Source of the DNA: an uncultured Gammaproteobacteria bacterium
GTDB taxonomy: Bacteria; Pseudomonadota; Gammaproteobacteria; UBA9214
Assembly: GCA_963773065.1 (NCBI GenBank)
Contig: CAVYZN010000005.1
Coordinates: forward strand, 32,001 to 96,000
DNA length: 64,000 nucleotides
Direction: 5' to 3'
In this document: piece by piece, positions 12,307-24,639 of the stretch
How the letters are laid out: each line of letters begins with the position of its first letter
How positions within the stretch are numbered: the first letter of the stretch is position 1
The notes under the pieces: model-generated
Database searches by the model: none
What the model was told of the DNA's origin: nothing
What the model saw: only the letters and a program-made list of their open reading frames with translations
Made by a program: the position numbers and the translations under genes

Positions 12307-13035
12307 ATGACGAGCACCCTGTTCGTCTCCGACCTGCATCTCGATGCATCACGGCCGGAGATCACGCGGCTGTTTCTTGATTTTCTCGGGACACGCGGCC
12401 GGGAGGCCGATGCCGTCTACATCCTCGGCGACCTGTTCGAGGCGTGGATCGGGGATGATGACGATGCTCCCCTGAGCAATGCGGTCATGGACGGCCTGCG
12501 CGCCTGTGTTGATTCCGGCACGCCGGTGCATGTCATGCAGGGCAACCGGGATTTCCTGATCGGGGCGCAGTTCGCCGTCCGGACCGGTTGCCGGCTGCTC
12601 GGCGACCCGGCGCGAATCGATCTCTGCGGCTCACCCACGTTGCTTATGCATGGTGACACCCTGTGCACGGATGACGCGGAGTACCTGGCATTTCGCGCCG
12701 AGGTCCGCGATCCCCGCTGGCAACAGGCATTTCTGCGGCAATCCACGGAAACGCGCCGCAAAATCGCCCGGGATCTGCGCGCCACCAGCCGAACCCGCGT
12801 TGCGGAAAAACCCGAAACCATACGGGACGTCAATCAGGAAACGGTGGTCCGGGTGATGACCGAGCACGGCGTTCAGCAACTGATCCATGGGCATACTCAT
12901 CGCCCGGCGATTCATGAGATCGAAGTGGCAGGCAGACCCGCCCGGCGGATCGTGCTCGGGGACTGGTACCGGCAGGGCAGCCTGCTGGAATGCACGCCGC
13001 AAGGGTGCCGGTTACGGGGCATCATGCCCGCCTGA
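12307..13035 (+). CDS. lpxH: UDP-2,3-diacylglucosamine diphosphatase
   Basis: SDLHL, GDLFEAWIGDD, GNRDF, HGHTH metallophosphoesterase motifs. Confidence 0.95.
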   Translation: MTSTLFVSDLHLDASRPEITRLFLDFLGTRGREADAVYILGDLFEAWIGDDDDAPLSNAVMDGLRACVDSGTPVHVMQGNRDFLIGAQFAVRTGCRLLGDPARIDLCGSPTLLMHGDTLCTDDAEYLAFRAEVRDPRWQQAFLRQSTETRRKIARDLRATSRTRVAEKPETIRDVNQETVVRVMTEHGVQQLIHGHTHRPAIHEIEVAGRPARRIVLGDWYRQGSLLECTPQGCRLRGIMPA

Positions 13036-13114
13036 GGCCGCAGGCCGTGCAGAACGTAAGGCATGGGAACGCCGTCATCGCGTGTTCCGTTCCACCTGGC
13101 TTTGCCTGGTTAGT

Positions 13115-14375
13115 CTATCCCTGGGAACCAGCCCGGCCGGCATTCAGAGCGATGACCATATCCGTAACGTTGGTGCCGGTCGGCCCGGTGGTGATGAGGT
13201 CGCCACTCGCCGCGAGAAAACTCCCGGCATCGGCGGCTTGCAGGCACTGCAGCGCATCCAGACCGCCGGCCGTTCCACGGGCAACCGTCTTTGGGTCCAC
13301 CACGGCGCCGGCCGCAGCGGTTGGCCCATCCGTGCCATCCGTGCCGGCGGCCAGCAAGACGAGCGTGTCATGTTGCTGCATCCGCGTGGCGGCAGAGAGC
13401 GCCAGGCTCTGGCAACGCCCGCCCCGGCCGGGCCGTGCGGGCAGTCTGACGGTGGTTTCCCCGCCCCACAGATAAATACCGGGGGGCTTGTCCGCCAAAT
13501 ATTCAACGATCGCCCGGCCCGCCTGCACGGCGTCGCCGGCAAGTCTGGATGCAACGATGCTTGCCGGGTAATGCAGACGCCGGGCATGAGCGGCGGCCGC
13601 CTCCAGCGCATCTTCAAGCCGGGCGATTATGTAATGACCCACCGGCTTGAAACAGGCCGCATCGGGTTCGCCGGTTACCCCAAATTGAACCACAAGCGCC
13701 GTAAGCCACGGCGGCAGTTGGGAGGTATCCGGCGGTTTTGCAGCGGCTGGATACAGCAATCCGGATCCGATCAGCGCGGGGTCGTCACCGCCCACATCGG
13801 AAATCATGAGGGCACGGGTGTTTCTGCCTTCCAGCCATCTCGCCAGGCGGCCGCCCTTGATGCAGGAAAGCGCTTGCCGGATCCGGTTGATCTGCACCGA
13901 TCGGCAGACCGCTGCCGAGCAGCCAGTGATTCACCTGCTGCAGCGTGGCGAGCGTCATGCCGGCCGGCGGCACTTCGACCAGGCTCGAGGTGCCGCCCGA
14001 GATAAGGAACAGCAGTTCGGCATCGCCCGGGGCAGTTTCCAGAAAGCGGAGCAGGGCATCACCGGCGGCAAGACTGCCGCGATCCGGTATCGGGTGACCG
14101 GCTTCGAGGCAGGTGAAACGGCGATCATTCGCCAGATTGTCATCCGTATGTCCCGGTTTTGATACGACCAGAGCGCGCCGCAGCCGATCACCCAGGACAT
14201 CCACGGCACCGGCCGCCATCGCGCCCGCGGCTTTTCCCGTGGCGACCAGGAACACCGGGCGTGTCGGCGGATGCACCGACAGAAAAGCGGCCGTGCGGCG
14301 ACGGCCATCGACGGCCTGCAGGGCAGACGCGAAGATCGCCCGCAGGTCAGCGCGCGCCACCTCGAATGAGTTCAT
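13115..14375 (-). CDS. Glycerate kinase type-2 / MOFRL family protein, with a +1 frameshift near 13895
   Basis: GKAAGAMA, GHPIPD and ISGGTSSL in one frame. IKGGRLA, GGETTV, GTDGTDG and GPTGTNVTD in the next. Confidence 0.88.
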
Positions 14376-14488
14376 GCGGGTGCGTGTGTGCTGGAAGGGA
14401 ATAAAGCCTCGATCGGGCACGACGCCGCCATCAGCGCGAGGCTTCGTCGCACGCCAGTCGTCGCCGGTACCGGGATTCCATAAGCGCC

Positions 14489-15682
14489 TCAGCGGCGAAT
14501 GGCTGCGAACCCCCGGGCAAGGTCGGCTTGCAGGTCGGTGACGGACTCCAGACCGACCGCGAGCCGTATCAAGCCATCCGAGATCCCGGCCGTCGCGCGT
14601 TGTTCCGGCGTCAGACGGCCATGAGTCGTCGTGGCCGGGTGTGTGATCGTGCTCTTGGCATCCCCCAGATTGGCGGTAATGGAAAACACCCGGGTGGCGT
14701 CGATCATGGCCCAGGCGTTTTCCTTCCCGCCCTTCACCTCAAAGGAAACGATACCCCCGAATCCCCGCTGCTGGCGGGCGGCGAGTGCGTGCTGCGGGTG
14801 TGATTCAAGCCCGGGATGATAGACACGCGCCACCTCCGCTTGTTGTTCAAGCCACCTGGCCAGCACCAGCGCGCCGGCGCTGTGGGCCTGCATCCGTAGC
14901 GACAGCGTCTCCAGCCCTTTGAGGAAAACCCAGGCATTGAACGGGCTCATGGTCGGACCCGCCGTGCGCAGGAAACCGTAGACCTCCTTGCCGACACGCT
15001 CGGTGTCGCCGACCACCGCCCCGCCGATGCACCGGCCCTGCCCGTCCAGATACTTGGTGGCCGAGTGGATGACGATATCGGCGCCTAGTTCCAGGGGCCG
15101 CTGCAGGGCCGGCGTACAGAAGCAGTTGTCCACGGCCAGGAGACAGCCCCTGGCGTGCGCGAGATCCGCCAGCCGGCGGATATCGGCCAGTTCCATGAGC
15201 GGGTTGGAGGGCGTTTCGATGAACAACAGCCGGGTTTCCGGCCGTATCGCCTCCGCCCATGCGTTCAGGTCCGCCAGCGGCACGAAGGTGGTAGCAATAC
15301 CGAACTTTGCCAGATACGTGGTAAACAGGACCGTGGTCGTGCCGAAGATGCTGCGCGAGGAAACAATATGGTCGCCGCCCTTGAGCAGACCGGCGCAGGT
15401 CGAGAAGATGGCCGCCATGCCCGAGGCGGTCGCCACACAGCAGGCACCGCCTTCCAGGGACGCCAGCCGCTGCTCGAAGGTGCGCACCGTCGGGTTGGTG
15501 AAACGGGAATAGATATTGCCGGGCTGTTCGCCGGAGAAGCGCGCCGCCGCCTCGGCCGCACTGGCGAAGACATAGCTCGAGGTCGGGAATATCGCCTCCG
15601 CGTGTTCACCTTCGTGGGTACGCTGCTGGCCGGCGCGAACCGCCCTGGTCTCGAAGGCCAGATCGTCATTTGCTGTCGACAT
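14489..15682 (-). CDS. metZ: O-succinylhomoserine sulfhydrylase
   Basis: YSRFTNPT, HSATKY PLP lysine, ITHPATTTHGRL. Follows purF. Confidence 0.93.
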   Translation of the reverse strand: MSTANDDLAFETRAVRAGQQRTHEGEHAEAIFPTSSYVFASAAEAAARFSGEQPGNIYSRFTNPTVRTFEQRLASLEGGACCVATASGMAAIFSTCAGLLKGGDHIVSSRSIFGTTTVLFTTYLAKFGIATTFVPLADLNAWAEAIRPETRLLFIETPSNPLMELADIRRLADLAHARGCLLAVDNCFCTPALQRPLELGADIVIHSATKYLDGQGRCIGGAVVGDTERVGKEVYGFLRTAGPTMSPFNAWVFLKGLETLSLRMQAHSAGALVLARWLEQQAEVARVYHPGLESHPQHALAARQQRGFGGIVSFEVKGGKENAWAMIDATRVFSITANLGDAKSTITHPATTTHGRLTPEQRATAGISDGLIRLAVGLESVTDLQADLARGFAAIRR

Positions 15683-15701
15683 GTCAACGGCGAATCCGCT
15701 C

Positions 15702-17213
15702 TCAGGCGGTATTGTGCAGATCGATGACCTCGTCCTCGTTGTCACGCCGCTCCTTCTTGGCGGCGTCACTCCGGCTGGTCTGCAGGTCACTGAGGTAGTC
15801 AACCCCGATATCGCCGGTAATGTACTCGCCGGTGAAGACCGAGGCGTCGAAGCGTTCGATCGACGGGTTACCCTTCGCGACGGCATCGATCAGATCATCG
15901 AGATCCTGGTAGATTAGCCAGTCGGCCCCGATGGCACGGCACACCTCCTCCTCGCTGCGGGCGTGTGCAATCAGCTCGTCACTGGCCGGCATGTCGATCC
16001 CGTAGACGTTCGGATAGCGCACCGGCGGCGCGGCGGATGCAAAATACACCTTGCGGGCACCGGCATCCCGCGCCATCTGGATGATTTCCAACGATGTCGT
16101 TCCGCGCACCACCGAATCGTCAACCAGCATCACGTTCTTGCCCCTGAATTCCAGATCGATGGCATTCAGTTTCTGGCGCACCGACTTCGTGCGCTGCTGC
16201 TGTCCCGGCATGATGAAGGTCCTGCCGATGTAGCGATTCTTGATAAAACCCTCGCGATAGGTAAGACCGAGGTGATTGGCCAGCTGCAGCGCCGAGGTTC
16301 GACTGGTATCCGGGATTGGAATAACCACGTCGATATCATGATCGGGGCGCACGCGCTGGATTTTCTTGGCCAGCTTTTCCCCCATTCTCAGGCGCGCCTT
16401 GTAGACGGAGACGTTGTCGATGATGGAATCCGGCCGCGCCAGGTAGACATACTCGAAAATACAGGGTGACTTGATGGTTTTTGCAGCGCACTGGCGGGTA
16501 TGGATGCGGCCCTGCATATCGAAAAAGACCGCCTCACCCGGTTCAACGTCGCGCAGCAGTTCAAATCCCAGCGCATCCAGGGCCACACTCTCGGATGCCG
16601 CCATGTACTCGGTGCCCTGCGCCGTTTGCCGTTTGCCAAACACGAGCGGGCGGATACCGAAGGGGTCGCGGAAAGCAAGCACACCATAGCCGGTAATCAT
16701 GGCAACGGCGGCATAGGCGCCCTGGCAGCGTTTGTGGACGCCGGCAACGGCAGCGAAAACGTCATCCAGTTCCATGCGCAGCTTGCCCCGCTTTTGCAAC
16801 TCGTGGGCAACGACGTTCAGCAGGACTTCGGAGTCCGAATCGGTATTGATCTGACGCAAGTCTTCCTGAAACACTTCCTGCTTCAGCTTGTTGGCGTTGG
16901 TGAGATTGCCGTTGTGAGCGAGGCAGATGCCGTAGGGGGAATTGACATAAAACGGCTGCGCCTCGGCGGAACTTTCGCAACCCGCCGTCGGATAGCGCAC
17001 GTGACCGATACCCATGTTGCCGTGCAGATGAAGCATGTGCCGGGTATGGAAGACATCACGCACCAGGCCATTGTCCTTGCGCAAATACAGGCGGCCGCCA
17101 TCACAAGTCATGATACCCGCCGCATCCTGGCCCCGGTGCTGCAGTACGGTCAGACCATCATAGATCGACTGGTTAACCGGGCCGTAAGCAACAATGCCTA
17201 TGATGCCGCACAT
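15702..17213 (-). CDS. purF: Amidophosphoribosyltransferase
   Basis: MCGI N-terminal nucleophile, [20 protein letters not shown] loop. Confidence 0.98.
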   Translation of the reverse strand: MCGIIGIVAYGPVNQSIYDGLTVLQHRGQDAAGIMTCDGGRLYLRKDNGLVRDVFHTRHMLHLHGNMGIGHVRYPTAGCESSAEAQPFYVNSPYGICLAHNGNLTNANKLKQEVFQEDLRQINTDSDSEVLLNVVAHELQKRGKLRMELDDVFAAVAGVHKRCQGAYAAVAMITGYGVLAFRDPFGIRPLVFGKRQTAQGTEYMAASESVALDALGFELLRDVEPGEAVFFDMQGRIHTRQCAAKTIKSPCIFEYVYLARPDSIIDNVSVYKARLRMGEKLAKKIQRVRPDHDIDVVIPIPDTSRTSALQLANHLGLTYREGFIKNRYIGRTFIMPGQQQRTKSVRQKLNAIDLEFRGKNVMLVDDSVVRGTTSLEIIQMARDAGARKVYFASAAPPVRYPNVYGIDMPASDELIAHARSEEEVCRAIGADWLIYQDLDDLIDAVAKGNPSIERFDASVFTGEYITGDIGVDYLSDLQTSRSDAAKKERRDNEDEVIDLHNTA

Positions 17214-17247
17214 GGCCGACTCTCAGTTACCATAGACATGGGATCAG

Positions 17248-17739
17248 TTAGACGTACGAAATGTTGTCCGAGATTTCCTTGGGTAGATAACCGCGCACCC
17301 ACATCGCAAAGTCTTGGAAATATTTCAGCAACTGGGAATCCTGCCACCAATGATCATGCGGCAAGGGTGTCAGGCCGGCGAGCAGAACCAGGATGGCGAC
17401 GATGACGGCCCCGCGAACCATTCCGAACACCACACCGAGCATCCGGTCGGTACCGGCCAGCCCGGTTTTAGCCACCAGCTTGCTCGCCAGGTAATTGACG
17501 GCCGCTCCAAGCAGCAGGACGGTGATGAACAGGATGCTGAAGGCGAGAATTTTCTGGAGTGAGGGCTCCGATATCCATTTCGCCAGAACGGCAGCCACAT
17601 CTTCATAGAAGATCATGGCGATCCAGAGAGCCACCAGCCATGAGGCAAGCGCCAATGCCTCCTTGATAAAACCGCGGAAGAGACTCAACACCGCTGACAA
17701 GACAATCAGCGCGACTATCGCAATATCAATCCAGGCCAT
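17248..17739 (-). CDS. cvpA: CvpA family membrane protein
   Basis: RGFIKEALAL, DRMLGVVFG. Upstream of purF. Confidence 0.93.
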   Translation of the reverse strand: MAWIDIAIVALIVLSAVLSLFRGFIKEALALASWLVALWIAMIFYEDVAAVLAKWISEPSLQKILAFSILFITVLLLGAAVNYLASKLVAKTGLAGTDRMLGVVFGMVRGAVIVAILVLLAGLTPLPHDHWWQDSQLLKYFQDFAMWVRGYLPKEISDNISYV

Positions 17740-17862
17740 TACTGAATGTTCCTCGAACTGTACGGGCCGCTACGGAAAAGCCCATTGACTTTACATAAGA
17801 AATCCGGAAGTCGGGTATTCTAGCAGACATGCGAAGACAGTCGCCATGTAAAATCGCGGCGA

Positions 17863-18486
17863 TTATCCCTTGTTCTGCAACACCATGGCCTTGAGCTTCT
17901 GCTCACGCGCCAGTTTGTCGCGCAGCTTATCCGCTGCGCCACGGTCTTTCATCGGTCCAATCAATACCCGGTAGGCATGCCCATCTGCGCTTTTTACATC
18001 CTGCAGAAAAGCCTGATAGCCTGATTTCTTCAAACGGTCGCGCAGACTCCGGGCGTTGGGTTGCTGGCTGAAACTGCCCGCCTGAACAATCCAACCACCC
18101 CCAGGTGAGGCAGGCGCGGGCGCGGCCTTGGGCGGGGTTTCCGGCGACGGCTTCACGACGGCCGGCGGGACTACCGCCGCTTTGACGGGTTCGGCTTGTG
18201 TGGCGGGGGGTTCGGGTTCCGTGACGGAGGGTTCGGGTATCGCCGATGCCTCTTGCTCCGTTACGCTGGCAGCCGGCGCCTCGGTAGGTACGGTAGGTTC
18301 GGCCGGTTCCGCGGGCACCGGCAGTTCCACCTCCGTCTGATAGTCTATCGTCGGGGGCGGCGGCATGTCCTGGGTGCGGGGTGACAATTTATCATCCGGT
18401 CCCTCCAGTATCATGGGAATGAAGATAACTGCCAGGGAAATAAGGACGATGGCGCCAATCAGCCTTTGTTTCAGCATCTGATCCAT
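17863..18486 (-). CDS. dedD: SPOR-domain cell division protein DedD
   Basis: KQRLIGAIVL transmembrane segment, Pro-rich linker, WIVQAGSF SPOR domain. folC-dedD-cvpA order. Confidence 0.88.
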   Translation of the reverse strand: MDQMLKQRLIGAIVLISLAVIFIPMILEGPDDKLSPRTQDMPPPPTIDYQTEVELPVPAEPAEPTVPTEAPAASVTEQEASAIPEPSVTEPEPPATQAEPVKAAVVPPAVVKPSPETPPKAAPAPASPGGGWIVQAGSFSQQPNARSLRDRLKKSGYQAFLQDVKSADGHAYRVLIGPMKDRGAADKLRDKLAREQKLKAMVLQNKG

Positions 18487-18538
18487 TGTCTCCTCGCATT
18501 GAATAACCCGTAATCCGGCCATTGCCGTGCCGGTGTGA

Positions 18539-19804
18539 CTATACCTTACCTGCCATTGCGGCTGCTACGGTATGAAACGAACCGCACACGACGATTCTGT
18601 CACCCTCCACGGCGTTGTCCCTGGCCCGTCGACTGGCGAGGTGCACATCCTCGCAGCGATCCACCTTTTCCTCTGGCGCCAGACCGCGCATCCGCTGATA
18701 TAGCTCATCAGCCGACAATCCGCGCGCATTATCCAGGCCGGCCAGGTACCAGTGGTCAACCCCGGATGCCAGCTCGGCCACGAACCCGCCGACATCCTTG
18801 TCTGCAAGCATCCCCAGGACGAGATGCGTTCGACCCTTGCGGGGGAACAGTCTGAGCACCTCGGCCAGACACCTTGCGCCATGGGGATTGTGGGCAACGT
18901 CAAGGATTATTTCCACCACTCCCGGGATGATCTGGCATCGACCCGGCAGTGCCACGTTCTCCAAGCCCCTACAGACCGCCGTCTCGCCGACAGGCAGACG
19001 TTCCCGCAACAATTCCAGCGCCATCAGCGCCCCGGAAGCATTCGCAAGCTGATGCGGCCCGATCAACGCCGGCAGCGGCAATCTGGCGTAGCGCCGTGAC
19101 GGTCCGCTCCAGCACCACGAGTCTTTACTCAACACATAGGTGAATTGTTCGCCGAGTCCATACCACGGCGCGCCGATTTCCCTGGCGGACTGCACCAGGC
19201 TTGCCGGAGGCGAAATCTCGCAGCTGACCGCAGGCCGCCCGTGGCGAAAAATCCCCGCCTTTTCCTGCGCAATGGACTCGCGGTCCGCGCCCAGCCATTG
19301 TACGTGATCAATCCCGATGGAGGTCACCATGGCGACATCCGGGTCAACGATATTGACGGCATCCAGCCGGCCGCCCAAGCCCACCTCCAGCAGGGCGACA
19401 TCGAGGGACGCGTCGGTAAACAGCCGCAAGGCCGCCAAGGTGCCGAATTCAAAATAGGACAATGACGTTGCCGCGCGCCGTTCATCCACTTCCTGGAATG
19501 CAACGCACAGACTGTCATCGTCAATGTCCTTGCCGTCGATGCGAATGCGCTCGTTGTAGCGCAGCAGATGGGGCGAGGTATAACTGCCGACCCGGTAACC
19601 GGCGGCCAGCAGCATGGCCTCGATCATGGCCACGCTGGAACCTTTGCCGTTGGTGCCGCCCACGGTGATGACGGTGCGCCCGGGACGTTGTACTCCCATC
19701 CGCGCGGCGACGCCGGCAACCCTGGCAAGACCCAGATCGATTTTCAGCGGATGCAATGTCTCCTGCCACTGCAACCATTCCGCCAGTGTCTTGAATCGCG
19801 GCAT
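18539..19804 (-). CDS. folC: Dihydrofolate synthase / folylpolyglutamate synthase
   Basis: GTNGKGS, YTSPHL, EVGLGGRLDAVN, DVAHNP. Confidence 0.96.
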   Translation of the reverse strand: MPRFKTLAEWLQWQETLHPLKIDLGLARVAGVAARMGVQRPGRTVITVGGTNGKGSSVAMIEAMLLAAGYRVGSYTSPHLLRYNERIRIDGKDIDDDSLCVAFQEVDERRAATSLSYFEFGTLAALRLFTDASLDVALLEVGLGGRLDAVNIVDPDVAMVTSIGIDHVQWLGADRESIAQEKAGIFRHGRPAVSCEISPPASLVQSAREIGAPWYGLGEQFTYVLSKDSWCWSGPSRRYARLPLPALIGPHQLANASGALMALELLRERLPVGETAVCRGLENVALPGRCQIIPGVVEIILDVAHNPHGARCLAEVLRLFPRKGRTHLVLGMLADKDVGGFVAELASGVDHWYLAGLDNARGLSADELYQRMRGLAPEEKVDRCEDVHLASRRARDNAVEGDRIVVCGSFHTVAAAMAGKV

Positions 19805-19931
19805 ACGTGTCGGCAAGCGGATATTGACGAATATCAGTACGGGAAGAAGCGCCCTGCGTGTAACCCAGGCGAAGCGCGGCGGCCGGTGCGGGTATCAGTC
19901 AGCGGGCAAGTCCGCCCTCGGGTCGCAGGAT

Positions 19932-20819
19932 TCAGGCATCGGGCAGGGCTTCGGGCACGGCCGGCGCCGGCTGGCCTGTCAGGATCCGCAGCAGGCTTAC
20001 GATTCTATCGCGCATTTCACGCCGGTCGATGATCATGTCGATCGCGCCATGCTCAAGCAGAAATTCACTGCGCTGAAACCCTTCCGGCAGCGTTTCACGC
20101 ACGGTTTGTTCGATAACGCGCGGTCCGGCAAATCCGATCAGCGCCTTGGGTTCGGCAATATTGACATCGCCCAGCATGGCGAAGCTCGCCGAAACGCCGC
20201 CCATAGTCGGATCCGTCAGCACGGAGACGTAGGGAACGCCGGCTGCCGCGAGCCGCGTCAGGGCCGCACTGGTTTTCGCCATCTGCATGAGTGCGAACAG
20301 GGCTTCCTGCATGCGGGCGCCGCCGCTGGCCGAGAAACAGACAAAGGGAATTTTATGCTCAAGACTGGTATTGACGGCGCGCACGAGACGTTCACCTACG
20401 ACGGCGCCCATGGAGCCGCCCATGAAGCGAAACTCGAAGGCGGCAGCCACCATGGGCAACCCCTCGACCGTCCCGCGCATCGCCACCAGAGCATCCGTTT
20501 CACCGGTGAGCTTCTGCGCGGCATTCAGGCGGTCGCGGTATTTCTTGCTGTCCCTGAATTTGAGCACATCGACAGGCTCAAGCCCGGCGCCGATTTCCGC
20601 GGTCGTGCCGTCATCGAAGAACATCTCCAGCCGCCGCCGTGCCCAGATGCGCATGTGGTGGCTGCACTTCGGGCAGACGTCACAATTGCGTTCCAGTTCC
20701 GAGCGGTACAGGACGGCGCCGCAGCCGTCGCACCGTATCCACAGACCCTCCGGCACCGTCCGTTTGTTCCCGCCGACGGTGCGGATTTTGGATGGCATCA
20801 GTTTCCGAAACCAGCTCAT
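19932..20819 (-). CDS. accD: Acetyl-CoA carboxylase carboxyltransferase beta subunit
   Basis: C4 zinc finger, [23 protein letters not shown]. Confidence 0.97.
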   Translation of the reverse strand: MSWFRKLMPSKIRTVGGNKRTVPEGLWIRCDGCGAVLYRSELERNCDVCPKCSHHMRIWARRRLEMFFDDGTTAEIGAGLEPVDVLKFRDSKKYRDRLNAAQKLTGETDALVAMRGTVEGLPMVAAAFEFRFMGGSMGAVVGERLVRAVNTSLEHKIPFVCFSASGGARMQEALFALMQMAKTSAALTRLAAAGVPYVSVLTDPTMGGVSASFAMLGDVNIAEPKALIGFAGPRVIEQTVRETLPEGFQRSEFLLEHGAIDMIIDRREMRDRIVSLLRILTGQPAPAVPEALPDA

Positions 20820-20870
20820 AGCCTGAATTTTACAATGTTCACGGTAGGATATTTAATAGTCTGGCGTCTG

Positions 20871-21702
20871 TTAATTGCCGACCCTGTCCCGCACGGCCTG
20901 TTGGTCAATGGCGGCGCGCATGGCGGAGAGTGTTTCCGCCAGCACGGGGGCGATGGCCTCGGGTTGCTCAACCAGGGTGGCTATTTTTGCAACCAGGGCG
21001 CTGCCGACCACCACCGCATCCGCAATCCGGGCAATCTGCGCGGCCGCGGCGGGGTCGCGGATGCCGAAACCCACACCCACGGGCAATCCCGTGTAGTGGC
21101 GGATCTCCTCGAGTTTGCCGGCAACCGAGTTTCACATCCAGGCGATTGGCCCCGGTCACACCCTTGAACGAAACGTAGTAGACAAACCCGCTCGCCGCAC
21201 GGCACACCGTTTGAATGCGTGACGGGCTGCTGGTCGGGGCGAGCAGGAAAATGGCATCCAGGCCCTGATCGTGCAGTGCCGCCGCGAGACCGGCGCCTTC
21301 CTCGGGCGGCATATCCACCGTCAGCACACCGTCAACGCCGGCGACCGCGGCGGCTGCGGCAAAGTCCTGATAGCCCCAGACCTCGATCGGGTTGAGATAG
21401 CCCATGAGCACTATCGGTGTGGCGTCGTCCCGGCGGCGGAACTCCCTGACCATGTCGAGCACATCATGCAGGCTGATATGATGCACCAGGGCACGTTCAC
21501 AGGCGGCCTGGATCACCGGTCCATCCGCCATGGGATCGGAAAATGGTACGCCGATCTCGACGATATCGGCCCCCGCCTGCACCAGGGCGTGCAGCAGTGG
21601 CACGGTCACCTCCGGGCGGGGATCGCCGGCCGTCACATACGGGATCAACGCCTTGCGCTGCTGTGCGCGCAGCTTTTGAAAGCGGGCCTCGATGCGGCTC
21701 AT
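20871..21702 (-). CDS. trpA: Tryptophan synthase alpha chain, with a +1 frameshift near 21130
   Basis: [18 protein letters not shown]-terminal VGFGI...VVVGSA in the frame of ORF 20871..21086. Confidence 0.95.
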
Positions 21703-22928
21703 ACCACGATGCCCTCGAGATCCGCCACGGTATGGATGTCCTTGTCGCCGCGACCGGACAGATTCACCACGATAATGCTATCGGAGTCCATGCCGGCCGC
21801 GAGCCTGGCGGCATAGGCCAATGCGTGACTCGATTCCAGCGCGGGTATGATGCCCTCCGTCCGGGTCAGTTGATGAAAGGCCGTCAGGGCTTCGCGGTCG
21901 GTGATAGTGGCGTAGCGGGCCCGCCCGCTGTCCTTCAACCAAGCGTGTTCCGGGCCAACGCCGGGGTAGTCGAGTCCGGCCGAGATGGAGTGGGTTTCGA
22001 GTATCTGTCCATCCTTGTCCTCCATCAGGTAGGTCCGGTTCCCGTGCAGGACACCGGGCCTGCCGGCACACAGTGGAGCGGCATGGCGGCCCGTTTCGAT
22101 GCCGTCCCCGCCGGCTTCGACACCATGGAGCGCAACTCCCGTATCGTTCAGGAAAGGATAGAACAGACCAATGGCATTGGAGCCGCCGCCGACACAGGCG
22201 ACCAGCGCATCGGGGAGGCGGCCGGTCCGCTCCAGCACCTGGGCGCGGGCTTCGCGCCCGATAACCGCCTGAAAATCCCGCACCATCACGGGATAGGGAT
22301 GCGGCCCGGCCACGGTGCCGATGATGTAGAACGTGGTGTCGACATTGGTAACCCAGTCGCGCAACGCCTCGTTGAGCGCGTCCTTGAGGGTTTTCGAGCC
22401 GGACTTGACCGCCACCACCTCCGCTCCCAGCAGGCGCATGCGATAGACATTGATCGACTGACGCCTGATGTCCTCGGCACCCATGTAGACCACGCACTCC
22501 ATGCCGAGTCGGGCCGCAACCGTTGCGCTGGCCACGCCATGCTGCCCCGCCCCGGTTTCGGCGATGATGCGCTTCTTGCCCATGCGTTTCGCCAGCAGGG
22601 CCTGCCCGACCGTGTTGTTGATCTTGTGGGCACCGGTATGGTTGAGGTCTTCCCGCTTGAGGTAGATGCGCGCTCCACCGATCTCTCTGCTCAGGCGTTC
22701 GGCGAAATAAAGCGGCGAGGGTCGTCCGACATAGTGCGCGAGGTCCGCATCCAGCTCCGCAAGAAACTCCGGGTCCTTGAGGTAACGCCGATAGGCGGCG
22801 GTCAATTCATCCAGGGGCAGCATGAGAGTTTCCGCAACGAATTGGCCGCCATAGGGTCCGAAGTGACCCGCCTCATCCGGAAGCAAGGCAGCGGTCGCGC
22901 CGGCTTCAGTCGTCTGTATCTGTGTCAC
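21699..22928 (-). CDS. trpB: Tryptophan synthase beta chain
   Basis: [29 protein letters not shown]. Confidence 0.98.
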   Translation of the reverse strand: MTQIQTTEAGATAALLPDEAGHFGPYGGQFVAETLMLPLDELTAAYRRYLKDPEFLAELDADLAHYVGRPSPLYFAERLSREIGGARIYLKREDLNHTGAHKINNTVGQALLAKRMGKKRIIAETGAGQHGVASATVAARLGMECVVYMGAEDIRRQSINVYRMRLLGAEVVAVKSGSKTLKDALNEALRDWVTNVDTTFYIIGTVAGPHPYPVMVRDFQAVIGREARAQVLERTGRLPDALVACVGGGSNAIGLFYPFLNDTGVALHGVEAGGDGIETGRHAAPLCAGRPGVLHGNRTYLMEDKDGQILETHSISAGLDYPGVGPEHAWLKDSGRARYATITDREALTAFHQLTRTEGIIPALESSHALAYAARLAAGMDSDSIIVVNLSGRGDKDIHTVADLEGIVV

Positions 22929-23541
22929 CGCCTCTTACCCCTTTCATGAAGGCCGAGATCATGTCGGCCGATTTGATGCCTTTGCTGCTTTCCACCCCGC
23001 TGCTGACATCGACGGCGTACGGTCTGACCTGCCTGATGGCCGCTCCGACATTGGCCGCCGTCAGTCCCCCCGCGAGTATGACGGGTAGCGGCAGGTTTTT
23101 TGGTACCTGTGCCCAATCAAACGCCTCACCGCCCCCGCCATGGGTTTGCGGCTGCCACGCATCCAGCAGGATACCGCTGGCATCGGGGTAGGCCGCGACC
23201 TGCGCACGCAGATCAGTGTCCGGCTTCATGGCGACTGACTTGATGAAAGGCAGGCCGTAGCAGTTGCAATCATCATTTACCTCATGGCCGTGAAACTGCA
23301 GCAGGCCCAGCGGAATGTTCTCGAGTACAGCCTGTATTGATGAGGGTGATGCGTTGACAAACAGGCCGACCACCGTGACAAAGGGCGCAACGGCAGCCGT
23401 TATCCGCCAGGCCAGATCCAGCGTCACAAGGCGCGGGCTTTCCTCGAAGAAGACCAGCCCAATCGCATCGACGCCGTGCTCGACGGCGCTGCGCGCATCC
23501 TCGACGCGGGTGATGCCGCAAATTTTAACGCGGGTTCGCAT
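22906..23541 (-). CDS. trpF: Phosphoribosylanthranilate isomerase
   Basis: KICGIT, LQFHG, LAGGL, DVSSGVE. Confidence 0.96.
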   Translation of the reverse strand: MRTRVKICGITRVEDARSAVEHGVDAIGLVFFEESPRLVTLDLAWRITAAVAPFVTVVGLFVNASPSSIQAVLENIPLGLLQFHGHEVNDDCNCYGLPFIKSVAMKPDTDLRAQVAAYPDASGILLDAWQPQTHGGGGEAFDWAQVPKNLPLPVILAGGLTAANVGAAIRQVRPYAVDVSSGVESSKGIKSADMISAFMKGVRGGDTDTDD

Positions 23542-23628
23542 GATCAGGCCATAGTGGATTATTGTCAGGCTTCTCGCCAGTCAGGTTGCAAGCGTAACAG
23601 AAACCCGTGGTATGGCGTGATTACCGGG

Positions 23629-24411
23629 TTAACGACCGTACTCCGGCAGCCAGCCACGATGGGGGATGGCAAACCGCTCGGGATAGTGAATACAGACCAG
23701 GTATAACCCCGCTGCCGAGGCGGTTATGCCGCCCACCGCGCGATCCCTTGCCTCCAGCACCTGTTTGACCCAGTCGGGTGATGTCTCGCCACGGCCGGTG
23801 GTGATCAATACACCGGCAATGCAGCGCACCATATGATGCAGGAAAGCGTTCGCCACCACATCGATATAGATAAAATCGCCGCAACGGCTGACCTCGAGTG
23901 AATAAACCGTTCTGACCGGATGCCTCGCCTGGCAGGCGAGGGCGCGAAACGAGGTAAAATCATGTTCGCCGAGCAGGTGGGTTGCGGCCTGCCGCATGCG
24001 GGCCTCGTCGAGTTCGGCGTGGACCCAACAGACCCGGTGCCTGAGCTGGGCCGAGGGATGGGGTCTGTTGAGGATCACGTAACGGTAGTGGCGCCGGCGT
24101 GCCGAAAAGCGCGCATGGAAGGTGTCATCCATTTCCCTGGCCCACTGAATGCGGATATCCAGGGGCATATTGGCGTTGCCGCCGCGAATCCAGGCCTTTT
24201 CCTCGCGAACCGCTTCGGTATCGATATGGACTACCTGCTCGATGGCGTGTACGCCCGTATCGGTACGGCCTGCACAGACCGTGGTGAGATCTTGGTCGGC
24301 GACCCGGGAGAGAGCCTCTTCCAGGCAGCCCTGCACGCTGCGGCCGGTCCGCTGGCGCTGCCAGCCGCAAAAGTCCGTACCGTCATACTCAACACCCAAG
24401 GCAATGCGCAT
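23629..24411 (-). CDS. truA: tRNA pseudouridine(38-40) synthase
   Basis: AGRTDTGVHA, FHARFSA, FLHHMVR. Confidence 0.97.
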   Translation of the reverse strand: MRIALGVEYDGTDFCGWQRQRTGRSVQGCLEEALSRVADQDLTTVCAGRTDTGVHAIEQVVHIDTEAVREEKAWIRGGNANMPLDIRIQWAREMDDTFHARFSARRRHYRYVILNRPHPSAQLRHRVCWVHAELDEARMRQAATHLLGEHDFTSFRALACQARHPVRTVYSLEVSRCGDFIYIDVVANAFLHHMVRCIAGVLITTGRGETSPDWVKQVLEARDRAVGGITASAAGLYLVCIHYPERFAIPHRGWLPEYGR

Positions 24412-24639
24412 ATGCGGCCTGGAATTTCAGGTACGTGAATTCTGTACGTGTGGCACGGACGGTTGGGACGAAGGGATACCGGGCAGATACACAACAGCCA
24501 CCTGACGGCCGTCGATAGTGTCATGATGCCATCCTGCACTGCCGACACAAAGAAGCCGGACCGGATCATGAACCGCAGCGGGCTGCCGTTACCAGTGACC
24601 CCTGACTATGGTAGTGTCGTCTTCAGCCTGCCGCACGGC

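Noticed and set aside
19614-22949. Long plus-strand ORFs of 517 and 468 aa (similarly 41412..42704 and 46333..47883)
   Set aside because: Antisense shadows of well-identified genes, expected in high-GC DNA.
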